From Felis catus (Eukaryota), in the NCBI RefSeq assembly GCF_018350175.1, contig NC_058368.1:58778001-58842000 (forward strand): a stretch of DNA of 64,000 nucleotides, read 5' to 3'. The notes beneath the pieces were generated by a model, which worked only from the letters and a program-made list of their open reading frames with translations, had not been told where the DNA came from and ran no database searches. This document shows, one piece after another, positions 1 to 12,156 of the stretch. Each line of letters opens with the position of its first letter. Position 1 is the stretch's first letter. Made by a program: the position numbers and the translations under genes.

Positions 1-102
1 CACATTTCAAGTGCTTCATACACATGTGGCTAATGACTGCCATGTTAGGCAGTGACGATAGAACATTTCTGTCTTTTCAGAAAGTTTTGGTGGACAGCAC
101 TG
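1..102 (+). mobile_element. MER3-like hAT-Charlie non-autonomous DNA transposon, terminal part
   Basis: cacatttcaagtgct...cacatgtggcta...tagaacattt...cagaaagttttggtggacagcactg resembles the recalled MER3 end; cut by the window edge. Confidence 0.7.
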
Positions 103-1934
103 ATAAAGCCTAGCAAAATTCTATCTTTCCATAATGAGAATAGGCAAGTGTCCAACATAGAGCTATTTAATAAAGGCTGGTCTCCTTTTTGTTTTTCAAG
201 GAAAAATGAGTCTTTTATCAATGAAAGTCTTCATAAAAAGTTGTATACTTCCTCAGCCCCCATTATTGTATTGGGAGAGGAAGCCCAAGTTTCTGTAAAA
301 TCAAGTTCACAAAACTTTCCTGAGAATGCAAAACTCCAGCAACTTATATATGTATGAGAGTCCACAGCTAAGAAGAAGCGGTGGTTTTTAATCCAGTCCT
401 TCGTAGTTTGCTCTCTCTACTATTATTACAACGTGTAGAAAATGAAATTCCTGCTATCTCTCCCGTCTTATTTAATTTTTGGACTTCAGAAAATTGTGTT
501 TGTTCAGCTATTTGCTATCAGAGCTAAATATAAGTTTTCTTGAAAATTGAATAACAGAATGGTTTTCTTTCAAGTATGGGAGTGTGACCTGTAAGAGCCA
601 AATAAGAAATATTTTAGGTCAAATTCTGCTGCAGAGCCAAAGTCTATTGGTCTGGGCTCAGCAATTTCTTATCAAAGGCAATGAATTCAAATTTTCAGTG
701 CAAGGAAGTGATTTCTCCCTTTATCTACATTTTTAATTCTCCAAATTTCTGACTACTATTTTCCTAATTTTGTAAACTGGAATAATTTCTTAAAATACCA
801 TTTATTAGATAAAATGTGGGCAGTCAATAAAGCTATTAGTACATTAAATAATTGTAATGTAACTGTATCTTCAGTTAAGCAAGTAACTTTGCCGCTTGTG
901 TTTCCAAGAGGTCACACTTAATTTGCTTCTACGCAAGAAAATGAGGATATTATTATTAACTTCTCCCTTTTTTGAAATAAATTATGCTACACATTAAAAA
1001 AACAGAAAGTACGAATTTGAATATAAATTGGCATATAGACACCAAGCAACAAAATCATACACTTCAGGTGACTGACATAACCTATGGTATCATCAATTTA
1101 CAAATTACTTATTGAGTGTTTGCAAGGCATTATGTAAGTTACCAGTGCACAGAACTTTGAAAAAAAATTAATTCATATTTACTTCTTTGCAAAGTATATA
1201 TTAAAAAATCAGTTACATCATCAATTTTCATTTTCCATAACAACCCTAAAGAAATTGCCAACATAAAACATAATGTCTACATCTGTGGTGTCTATACTTA
1301 AAAAAAAAAAAAAAAGAACATAGATGCTATCAGTCATCCTTTTTGAATTTGAATGATGTTTTTTACCTCTTGAGTATTATTTAAAAAAAAAAAACAGTAG
1401 AGAACCCAACAAAGATTCCTTAACTTACCTCTGTGCTTTCACTGTGTCAAACAATGCCAGATAAAAAACCAAGTCTCTAATGTGATGGCCTTCAATCCAA
1501 TGTCTCAAATCTCTCCAAGCTTCTTCTCCTTTCCAATTAATTATGGACGAAAAATAATTTAATAATTATTAAACCTAGGTACAACGTTAACGTTGTGGCA
1601 AAACCAGAACACCTTCTTCTCCAATCCCCAAAGTAGAATTATGTTACACAACTCTTATTAACTAATGCAGATCATCTATATTTAAGCACCAAGTTTTCTC
1701 TATATGAGAACATATTTTTTTTTATCATTTTGTAGATTTTCTTGAAGACCTATACTGAAAAAAGGAAAGCAAATACTTGATTTCCTGCTTGAATAGCTTC
1801 AGATGGGAATGTCAAGGCAGTATAGATGCTTTTGTCAATAGTTTTAATATTTTGAACTCAATAAAGAAAATAGAGGAGCCTATTCATGAAAGTTTCCTTT
1901 TCCTCGGTCCAAAATAACAGAAAGTAAGAATTTT

Positions 1935-2030
1935 ATTGCTGGAAAGAATCTTTGAGGTTCCATAACACAGCCCTCTTTTTTTTTCAAATAAAAATATTGA
2001 GGCCAGCATGCTTAAATTATTTTAAGATTA
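1935..2030 (-). mobile_element. MIR/MIR3 fragment
   Basis: gctggaaagaatctttgagg...ccctcttttt...aaatattgaggccag resembles the antisense MIR core; degenerate. Confidence 0.4.
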
Positions 2031-2549
2031 TAAAATGTTTCCGTTATTTTCAATCATTCCTATTTAGAAGGAGTAACTATCTGCAGAAGTATACCCATTC
2101 TAAGTTCTAGTATTCAGGAAAATATAGGATACACACAGAAGTGCTTTTGAAGCTTAACTGGCTATAAAATTAATTCTCTAAGAAAACTCTTAATACATTT
2201 ATTGGAGGTTGGATGGTGAAGGAACTATCCTTTCTGAAATGGACCCTGGCAACAACCATCATTCACATCACAGTATCATTTAGGTGCAATTTGGAAGATG
2301 GTCAACCAGATTTTTCTTTTTTTCCCACAAGTGCAGCAATCTTAGCAAAACCTAGCATATTTGGGGGTCAAAACAATTCAAATGCTCTCTTAAGGTTCAT
2401 ATTAGTATAAAATTCTTAATTAGTGTACAATTTGTCTATTCTCCTTTACCACTCGACTTTCTTTTTAAGGAAAAGTCTTATTCAATTTCAAAGAAAAGAT
2501 GACACTTTAAGACACATAATATGCATTAATAACTCCAATCCATGATTTA

Positions 2550-2900
2550 TATGTTCATTTGTTTATCTTCTCACAAACATTTTTTTAAAAAGACTTTAAT
2601 GTGTTTAGTAATTTCTGGGATCTTTGAGAACAAACATGACTAATAAGATCTTGTCCTTAGGTATGTCACAGCAAAGAGTGGGAAAAGAACATCGATTCTG
2701 TCAAGATACTGGGTAAAAGATAAAATAAATGTAGCGTTTATACTTTTAATATGAAGAGTATGAACAATGGAAATTACATAGATTTCATTTTTTGATGGGA
2801 CATTGAAGGAAGGACCACTTATATTGAAAGAGATTGTCTACCGTGGCCCTGAGAATCATAAAACTGTGGAAGTGTTAGTTATTAGGGGGCACAGCATAAG
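2550..2900 (-). mobile_element. L2 3' fragment
   Basis: ttcatttgtttat...caaacatttttt start and ttgtcctta motif typical of an antisense L2 3' end. Confidence 0.35.
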
Positions 2901-3206
2901 GAGAAATGGACTATAAGTAACTTGATTGGAGCGACCCAAGAGATTGAGACCATTAAAACAGAGAAGGACAAATGACCAATAACATCAGTCAACCTTGGGA
3001 GACCATTAATGGCAGTTCTTCCCTTTGTTACTTCTCAGTTGTTTGGTTAACTAAAATTAAACAGGAAAAGCCATAAATTCCCCATGGATGCAAATACATA
3101 GATCAATATAAAAATAGTGTTTCCTTCTAATTTAATAAGCACATTATTTTAACTTGTAGTTTAACCTGGTCAAAAGGATTTTTTCCCTTTAAAATAGCAT
3201 CATTTA

Positions 3207-3389
3207 GGGGTGCATGGGTGACTCAGTTGGTTAAGCTTCTGACTTTGGTGCTGACAGCTCAGAGCCTTGAGCCTGCCTGCTCCAGATTCTGTGTCTCCCT
3301 CTCTCTTTGCCACTCTGCAGCTCACACACACATGCACACACACTCTCTCTCTCTCCTTCAAAAATAAATGAACATTAACAAAACTTCAA
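3207..3389 (+). mobile_element. Can-SINE with internal deletion
   Basis: ggggtgcatgggtgactcagttggttaagc head, (CT)n, aataaa tail; TSD aaaa(t/c)agcatcattt at 3191-3205 and 3390-3404. Confidence 0.9.
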
Positions 3390-3598
3390 AAAACAGCATC
3401 ATTTTTACATGGAAAAATTCAAGTACACAGAGAACATATATTCTCACAATACTGATGAGTAATCTTTGTATTTCTTCTCTCTTCTCCCTAAAATCAATGG
3501 ACATTTTTCCCCTAGATTTTTGATTCTTGCATACTTCATTAAGTAAAGCTTAAAAGGTGACTTTTTTTGAAAAGGTGATTTTTTAAAAATATACTTTC

Positions 3599-3818
3599 GG
3601 GGCGCCTGGGTGGCGCAGTCGGTTAAGCGTCCGACTTCAGCCAGGTCACGATCTCGCAGTCCGTGAGTTCCAGCCCCGCGTCAGGCTCTGGGCTGATGGC
3701 TCAGAGCCTGGAGCCTGTTTCCGATTCTGTGTCTCCCTCTCTCTCTGCCCCTCCCCCGTTCATGCTCTGTCTCTCTCTGTCCCAAAAATAAATAAACGTT
3801 GAAAAATTAAAAAAAAAA
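3599..3818 (+). mobile_element. Young feline Can-SINE (SINEC_Fc-type)
   Basis: CpG-rich ggggcgcctgggtggcgcagtcggttaagcgtccgacttcagccaggtcacg; perfect 15-bp TSD taaaaatatactttc at 3584-3598 and 3819-3833. Confidence 0.97.
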
Positions 3819-5181
3819 TAAAAATATACTTTCAAAAGTTTTTGGTTTTACTCACAAAAACATATTGAAATAGATAAAGTTAACAATTTGACTATCATAT
3901 GCTAAACATACACACTCAAAACACATGGGAAAATTAATTTGAGCATAACATTTAAGTTTCAGACCACCTTGTTATTTAGAATATAAGGGCATTAGAAAAT
4001 AGTTGAGTATCTCATCTCTAATTTGTCAATAAGACTATCTATGGAAAAATGGTATTTTACTTAATTTACCCCTTTTTCATTTTTCTAAAGAACTTTGTTG
4101 TAAAAATGGCAATAATTAGTGGTTTTAACAATGATTATTTTTCCAAGTAATACTCACAGATAATAGAAAAATAAAAAGACAATAAATATTCTCTAATATA
4201 TGCACATGGTGGATATTTTTGTCTCCAACGTTTTGGTATATTTCTGAAGAAGTAGATTCAAAAAAGGTTAAGCAGGCATAATTTTTAACTGTTTTTACTT
4301 TACTTAAGAATATATTATAGGAATTCCCTGTGTCATTAAGTATTCTTGGTAATCTTGATTTATTCAAACCCATTTTTAAAAAATATAGAGAGACTTGAAA
4401 ACCTGTATAAAAAACAGCAATTAATTTAATGAACTTAATGTACTCATTTTCAGCTTCAGCAATTATCAAATAGCTGACCAATATTGTTGCCTTCATCTCC
4501 CTACTCACTCACTTGTCATAATTATTGTGAAGTTAATTCTAGACCTCATATCATTAGATCGTTATTTTTGATGGCTGCTAAATAATATACTTCTTTTATT
4601 TATCACAATTATTTTACTTTTTTTTCTCTTAGTAGATATTATAGACAATGTCAGTATCTGTTATAATAGGTACTACTATTTTAAACTCTTTTGATTTAAA
4701 AGATGGAAAGGCAGAAATGTCTAGTGAAAAAGCACGTATATTGGCGTGTGACTAGTATCAATTTGAGTATTAAATAATAGGAATGTGACATTGGAAAGGT
4801 CATCATTGTAAGCCTTATTTCTGTAGAAAATGGTAATTTAAATACATGCCTATTTAATGGAATTGTTGTAATAAATAAGATAGTTCCTGTCACAAGCATG
4901 TGAACTTCCCTATGGAATAATTTTATCTTAGACTCTCTGACCATATTATTCATGGAGGAAAACAATAAATCTGGTAAGAAAACCTTTACTACTCAGGTTG
5001 TAGAAAAAAGATAACATAACTTTTATAAGTATATCCATGACCTCGCAATATGAGTAAGCAGGAATAATTCATCTTTATTCAAACACTGTAAAAATATGTT
5101 TGGTATTCAAATGTAGCTTTACAAATAAATTACTCCAAGTATTGCTTCATAGAATACTAAATATAGAAATGTTTTATATTT

Positions 5182-5404
5182 TTTTTTTAATTTTTTTTTC
5201 AACATTTTTATTTATTTTTGGGACAGAGAGAGACAGAGCATGAACGGGGGAGGGGCAGAGAGAGAGGGAGACACAGAATCGGAAACAGGCTCCAGGCTCT
5301 GAGCCATCAGCCCAGAGCCTGACGCGGGGCTGGAACTGACGGACCGCGAGATCGTGACCTGGCTGAAGTCGGACGCTTAACCGACTGCGCCACCCAGGTG
5401 CCCC
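5182..5404 (-). mobile_element. Young feline Can-SINE (SINEC_Fc-type)
   Basis: Reverse complement near-identical to the 3599 copy; perfect TSD tagaaatgttttatattt at 5164-5181 and 5405-5422. Confidence 0.97.
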
Positions 5405-6458
5405 TAGAAATGTTTTATATTTAAGTTCATGCATTATATTTGATAGAATATTTTCAGTAATTTATATTTTTATTTGATGCTATGGGAGAATAACTATAAA
5501 TTAGAACATATTGCCATAAATTATTTTGGATTTCAATACATTACCAGAATTTTTAAATTTAGGAAACATATTACTTTATAGTTATTTCAGTGAAAATATT
5601 TTATGACACATAAAATAGTCATTTGGAAGTTTTACAAATTGTAAAATAGGCTTTTATGTGTGGAAACAATCTCTAATACGATAAAATTGGTAATTTGGAG
5701 TGTACTTTATTAAAATGTAAATGTGCCAATGATTTTTTTCTGAGTAGTAATAAAATCAAATTTTGGTAAATTGATTTGAAGTTACACATTTAAAGGAACA
5801 AAGACTGATATTACTGAACACAATTGACCAAATTATCTTTTTGTCCATTGTGGAAATTGCTATTACTGAGGCTTGCAAGTAATTTGAAATATTTATATTA
5901 CAAAGGAAATGATTAAAATACATTTAGAAATGGTGAATATGTCAAGTACAGCCTATTGGCTGAAGACTAGAATGCTGGTTCAGTCCAGACTAATAGCACG
6001 CCTGTAAATAAATCATTTATAGTATCTCACTGTCAAGTATCCTTAAAAGGACTGAGTCACTTAAATGCTCTTTTAAATCCTTTCGTCTATCAAAATTGAA
6101 AGTTTTGGATATATCTTCTCCATGCCTGAATTATTCTGTTACAGGTTTTCCGTGCAGTACACATCTGATAAAACTTCAACAGATATGATTTTTTCAAGTC
6201 TCAAGAAAGGGAGAATGCCTCAGACTGTTCCTCTTGTGATTGTATTTGATAGTTAAATGAAAGTCAGTGTATGATCCATGCTTAAGCCTACCAAAATACC
6301 TCTAAATGTTCAATATTTTCTGCTTTAAAGGGGGTTTCTGGTTTGTAGCAAAGACACCTCGTAGATGAATATGAAAACATCCCTGACCCAGTACTTTAAA
6401 TTATAATGGAAATTGACTAGGATGTAATGGGAACACTTTGATGGAAAGGGGAGTCATC

Positions 6459-6885
6459 TGTGGGTTCAGTTTTTGGCTTCGTTTAGCAAAGCTGAGGGCA
6501 GCAGAAAGGATCACTCAAGACTCCGCTCAAGTCAAGAGAGGTGAGAGGGAGGCTAAGGGAAGTCTCCCTGAGCTGCTCTCAAGCTCCTGTATTTATTGAA
6601 CTTACATTTAGGGTCACATTGTGCAATACTTTCAGTGGGCTACATGCCAGTAAGAACGTATAGAAAACGTGTAGATAAACAAGTTAAGACGGGATAAAAT
6701 ATTCCATGCAATAACATGGTCTAAGGAATTTATGAACATAGGCAGGACCCAACCCCTAGATTTACATTAACTAGATAAGTAAAGTGTAGTCTGCTCTTTT
6801 CAGCAACGCCAGAAAGCAGTTTTTTGCTTTGCAATGCATTCCCTATAATCTCATAACCCAGGACATAGCTATTTGATTTCTAGCA
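6459..6885 (-). mobile_element. Solo retroviral LTR (427 bp) with 6-bp TSD
   Basis: TG...CA termini flanked by gtcatc at 6453-6458 and 6886-6891; AATAAA on the minus strand (tttatt 6592-6597). Confidence 0.8.
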
Positions 6886-6908
6886 GTCATCTATAATCCC
6901 AGGCCATC

Positions 6909-8032
6909 TGTGGTAAGAATGGGGTCTAGTGTATAGTAAAACCTTGGTTTACATAATTCATTCCAGAAACATGCTTGTAATCCAAAGCACTTGTATATCA
7001 AAGTGAATTTCCCATAAGAAATAATGAAAACTCAGACAATTCGTTCAGAACACAAAAATATTCATATAAAAATGATTACAACACTGTAATGTAATACAAA
7101 ATAAGAAGGAAAATATAAAATATAAAGAAAAAGAAGTTAGCCAGCACTTAACTTTGAAAACCTTCATGTCTGGTGTGAGGGAGACAAAAGAGAGGAGGGT
7201 TATTGTGTAGGATGACTTTTACTATCACTAACGGAATCATTGCTATCCATTGGCTCAATGGAATCTTTTTCTGCATGGGGGCCATTGTATACACTTGCAC
7301 AGATATTGACTACAGTACAGTGTTGATAAACTCTTGCTATATACTGTATTGAATGTAACTGGAAATAAGGCAGCAGAGGAAAGGGTCTATATCTACAGGC
7401 AGCCTGACCTAGAAAGAAGAAAAGCATTCCAAAGCTTACCCTTGTATGGAAAGCAAAGGACTGCCCATAGGTGCTTTGAAGTGACAAAAAATATACTAGT
7501 GCCAGTTGTGGGCACCTTCCAACATTCTGAAAAATCACTGATTTCTGCCAAACACTTCTGCCTGAAACCTAGCATCTGAGCATGGGAGACAATCACCCAC
7601 AATCCCGCAGCAAGAGACAGAGAGAGAGAGAAAAGAACCATTGGCTCAGTTGTGATCATGTGATATTTGGCATCACATACTACTCGTATTGCAAGACATC
7701 ACTTGTTTATTGGTTAAAATTTGTTAGAAATGTTTCCTCATCTTGCAGAACACTTGCAGAACAAGTTACTTGAGATCGGAAGTTTTACTGAACTTCCTTT
7801 TGCTGGATGAACGCTGTCACTGGAGACCTAAATAAATGAGAGGATTAATGGCCCAGAAAGGAGAATGTATGGAGACAGCAACTTTATTCCTGCCTGGTCT
7901 ACATCCTGTCCCACTTCATGGGAGAGGGCCATGAAAGTATTTACATTTTTGTCTCGAGGTCTCTGGGGTAGCCTTTGTCTACACATGCGAGTCTACAGAC
8001 TTTGATTAAACATTTGGCTGAAGAATTTGTCA
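6909..8032 (-). mobile_element. Putative second short solo LTR, interrupted by a Tigger-like element
   Basis: TG at 6909, CA at 8031-8032; aggccatc at 6901-6908 and 8034-8041; minus-strand AATAAA (7883-7888) followed by a U5-like tail ending accccattcttaccaca. Confidence 0.5.
6934..7790. mobile_element. Tigger/pogo-type (Tc1-mariner superfamily) non-autonomous DNA transposon
   Basis: Degenerate TIRs tagtaaaacctt (6934) and aagttttactg (7780-7790); TA at 6932-6933; body resembles a recalled carnivore Tigger derivative; no transposase ORF. Confidence 0.8.
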
Positions 8033-8258
8033 TAGGCCATCCAAATTAGAGGAAAGTTAAAGTTTTCTAAACAACATAATTTTTTAAATAAAGGCAAGTG
8101 ATGTTTCACAGAAAAGGTCATACAATATAAAAAAAACAACACGACTTTAGGTTCAGTTTAAAAACTCTGCTTAGAAGCAATAGGAGAGTGCTATTGGTAA
8201 AATCACCAGAGAGCAGGATCTGCCACTTAAGAAATAGAAGTTAAAAGGTAAATTATTT

Positions 8259-8476
8259 CTTTTTTTTTAAATGTTGGGAAAATGTTTATTTTTTGAGAGA
8301 GAGAGAGCACGAGCAGGGGAGGGGCAGAGAGAGAGGGAGACACAGAGAATCTGAAGCAGGCTCCATTCTCTGAGCTGTCAGCACAGAGCCTGATGCTGGG
8401 TTTGAACCTAGGAACCACAAGATCATCACCTGAGCTGAAGCCGGATACTTACCTGACTGAGCCCCCCAGACTCTCC
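8259..8476 (-). mobile_element. Can-SINE
   Basis: Antisense SINE body; TSD aaaaggta(a/t)attattt at 8243-8258 and 8477-8492. Confidence 0.92.
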
Positions 8477-9347
8477 AAAAGGTATATTATTTATTAACAG
8501 TTTAAATTCCTATAATGTGCCCAAGGGGACTGGTCACCATCAAGGGGAAATATGTCAAAGAGCTATGATTAACTGGTCACATTTGTGGAGTTTTCTTCTA
8601 GGTGTCGTTATCCAGTAGGGTTTATCCTGCTCATGCTCAACTCAATTATCTCTTCCAAAGATCCAGGAAAGAATTTGGTACCAGGTAGTGAACATATACA
8701 TAGCCTCACAGTTAAAAGCAAAACTGGGTGATAATTTTGATTAAATGTTGATGCTATTGCTAAAAATCGTACAAAGTCATTGCTCCTGTTTATGCTGCTT
8801 ATGCAAAGCACAGCTTTGAAGTTCTGACTTATGGCTTATGTGGTATAATTAATAAACTTCTTCCATAGGGTCAGTTACACAGGCAGCTGAAATAAACATG
8901 CAAGACATTTAGTTCATAAAACAAATGATTTAATCTCAACCAGTAATAGTGACCTCAGAAACAGATACTGTTATGAAGCTTACTTTTCTAAAAAAAAGTT
9001 GACAGTCTTTATGCTTAAAGACCAAATTCTTCTTTTTCTTGATTTGGACAATTGTGTCATAGTGTGTCAACCATGGGGATGTCCAAGTAGGTACACAAGC
9101 CAGACAGGTTGTTGCCTACAAAACGTTTTGGCAGGGTTAAAAGTGAGCATAATGCATTGTTTGTAATATTAGCTTATGATTTTTTAAAAACGTTAGCAGA
9201 GGTGCATGTTTATGGTATTAACTTATAATTCCTACAAATATTACTATAGTAAATGTGATATTAGCATATGATGTCATTTCTAAAAGTATTACTTTAGTAT
9301 ATAGACTAATTTGGAAATATCAGATTCCAGTTTCTCAATGTATTTTA

Positions 9348-9573
9348 TTTTTTTATTTTTTTACTATTTTTTTAATGTTTATTTATTTTTGAGACAGAGA
9401 AAGACAGAGAGCGAGTGGGAGAAGGGCAGAGAGAGAGGGAGACACAGGATCTGAAACAGGTTCTAGACTGAGCTGTCAGCACAGAGCCTGTCTGAGGCTT
9501 GAACCCACGAGCTGTGAGATCATGAGCTGAGTCGAAGTCGGACTCTTAACCGACTGAGCCACCCAGGAGCCCC
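9348..9573 (-). mobile_element. Can-SINE
   Basis: Antisense SINE body; TSD tcaatgtatttta at 9335-9347 and 9574-9586. Confidence 0.93.
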
Positions 9574-9665
9574 TCAATGTATTTTAGATCTATCCATACA
9601 ATAGGAAAAATATTGTCTCTTTTAAAAATTCAGCAAAGGTGCCACACTCTATTGAAAAATGAGTA

Positions 9666-9873
9666 GGGGGGCACGTGTGTGGTTCAGTCAGTTAAGCTAC
9701 CAACTTCGGCTCAGGCCATGATCTTACAGTTCATGAGTTAGAACCCCGCATCAGGCTCGGTGCTGACAGCTCAGAGCCTGGAGCCCACTTGAGTTCTGTG
9801 TCTTCCTCTCTCTCTGTCCCTCCCCCACTCACACTCTGTCTCTCTCTCTCTCAAAAATAAACATTAAAAAAAT
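9666..9873 (+). mobile_element. Can-SINE
   Basis: Head, (CT)n and A-tail; TSD approximately aaaa(t/c)gagta. Confidence 0.92.
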
Positions 9874-10181
9874 AAAAACGAGTAAATACACTTTGAATAG
9901 TAATAATATAGTACTCATTACATGAACTGCAAAAGCAAAAAATAGAAACCACATCCTGCACTGTTATGGTGTGCCTTAAAACCCTATGCAGACAAGCTAC
10001 AGAATAATGAGTCAGAGGATATTTATTTGGGGCTTACTATGTGTCTGGCCCAGTATTTACCTTTGGCTACAAGGACCAGAGTCTCAGGAAAGTTATGTAG
10101 ATGGATACACAAGGAGAAGACATAGTGTTTATATTGTTTATCACAATATGACTAGGAGCTTACACAGTTATGTTTTCTTAT

Positions 10182-10640
10182 GATGCTGGAGGCACACATC
10201 TGGGTTTAGGTACAGAGAATGATTATAATCTAGCCAGTTTTATGGTAAAGGGATTTAATACAGATTATAAAACTATTTACTGAATTGTTGAAAGAGCTGA
10301 AGAGAAACATGGCTAGCCTAGACTTCCAGGAATGATTCCCAGTATCTCGGTATCTATCAACATACCAAAAAAACTGCTGCTCCTGCTAAGACCAAAATAT
10401 ACGCCAGATGACTCAGGAAGCTGCTTCTTCAGCATCTAGCTCTGGAATTCTACATTTTTCTTTCTTCGCTGACCAAGCATAAAAGGCTATATTTATCTCA
10501 CTCCCCATCTCTCTCCTAAATAAACCCAGTTTTAATTCAAGTTTCCAGTGAAGGCACTGCTGTGCCAAAATTTAAATTAGATATAAGCTTCAAGAGCCTC
10601 TCCAGTTGCTCCACTATAGAAATGCAAACTAAAGGGAGTT
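10182..10640 (-). mobile_element. Old MaLR (MLT1-like) LTR remnant
   Basis: aaagggatttaatacag...actatttactgaattgttgaaagagctgaagag resembles antisense MLT1 LTRs; very degenerate. Confidence 0.4.
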
Positions 10641-12115
10641 TTGAATAGAATAGTCTTTAAGGAAAACATTCCACATATTCTTCTTAGTAAAATAAGCTTA
10701 ATTAACTATATGGTAGGAAGAATCATTTTAGCCTTATATACAAACCTAGACTACATCCTTGTCTATCTTCAAGATTCTATTGATATTGAAATTGACATAG
10801 ACTATTCTTTTTAAATAACAAGATAATTTTTTTTTCTCAAAAGACTTAAAAGCATGTCAAAGACAAGTCATTCAGTCCTTTTATTTTTGATACCATATTT
10901 GCTTTAGGAGAAATTTTAAGCATGGAATTTTCTTCCCAAGGGGGAGCCACCTTCAGACCCATATTATTACACAGACTATTAAATGACCCAAATTAGAAAG
11001 GATTCAAGAGCAAGAATGGAAAGATGATTCCCTGACCTACAAAGAAAGCTACCGATCCATTTCTATTTGTTTGATCCCTTCTGTATTTCCCTAGGAATTC
11101 CATTCTCCTGAAAAATGGCATTTGTCATTTACACATACAGGGTCCCTCATCCTCCAGGTGGCTAGAATAAAGTAAATAAAACAGAAAACCCTAAACCTTA
11201 CATAAATATTAGAGTATTTAACAAACATAGAGTTGGTAAAGTGTAATATGGAAATATTATCTTTTATTAACTAATTATTAAATAATTTACATAAATTTTT
11301 AGAGTATCAGATAAATTTCAAGGATAAAATACTGATTTAGAGCCATATTATTCCTGTAAACTTATGATAGTACATCATCATTTATATGTTAAACAAAATG
11401 CATGGACTCTAGTAGAAGAAGAGTTGTAAATTATTAAATATGAAAATATTAAATAACCATGGAATTCAATAGAATCACAAAGAATTGAATAATCATTTTA
11501 TATTTAAAATCTCATTTTAATTTGTTTCTAGTATGTGCTGCTATATAATAGGTGCTTAATAAATATTTGCTGAATAACTCAATGATATATAGAAAATACA
11601 GGACTCCTAGAAGTGATTCACTTATTTGTTGTAATGCAGCATAAACAAGCATATACAGCTTGATAAAATAAGTATTAAATCATCATTATGTACAAATTTG
11701 TATTGTGAGCCTAAATTACAAGATACAGAGAATTCGGTTGTGTTACTTTCATAGTTGAAAGCGCAAACAGGGAATCTAATATAAAAGGATAAATAAATTT
11801 CTAGGTCTTGAATTACAACCATTGACAGTGAACAGCTTAGACATTTGTGCAGCATGTACAAATTAAAGAATATTCAAAGTTGCAGTGTTAAAGTATTCTA
11901 CTAGGTGTATCCTTCATGACCTCAGTGTTTTTCACCCTAAGAAGCCTCTTGGAAATGTGCCACTTCGGGACAACTGAAAACAGTTAGAATTTCTGTTAGT
12001 TAGCCTGTTCCATTGTCTCTCTAAGCTTCTATTCATATTATGAAAGGTATCACGAAAATGTCCATGAAACTGTATGGTTTCTTTTTTCTGTCTTTTTCTT
12101 TCTTTTTTTCCTCAG

Positions 12116-12156
12116 GATTCCCATCTGTCCTGTGGAGTTCTCAGTTACATCCTTAG
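12116..12156 (+). other. Candidate 41-nt internal exon (unassigned transcript)
   Basis: About 35-nt polypyrimidine tract (12078-12112) then CAG acceptor; TAG|gtaatc donor. Confidence 0.25.

Noticed and set aside
1423..1545. Perfect minus-strand donor AG|GTAAGT with an open frame upstream (KGEEAWRDLRHW...)
   Set aside because: No good acceptor, the peptide is unrecognisable, and the sequence looks L2-derived
5174..5434. 86-aa ORF (GAPGWRSRLSVRLQPGHDLAV...) recurring at 54924-55373 and, in variants, in many other ORFs
   Set aside because: Translation of Can-SINE sequence; the recurrence reflects the repeat, not a gene family
7200..7773. Overlapping ORFs inside the Tigger-like element
   Set aside because: No HTH or DDE transposase motifs; the element is non-autonomous
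8590..8690. Possible 83-nt exon ttttcttctag|GTGTCG...ACCAG|gtagtg
   Set aside because: Short pyrimidine tract, weak donor and no recognisable peptide
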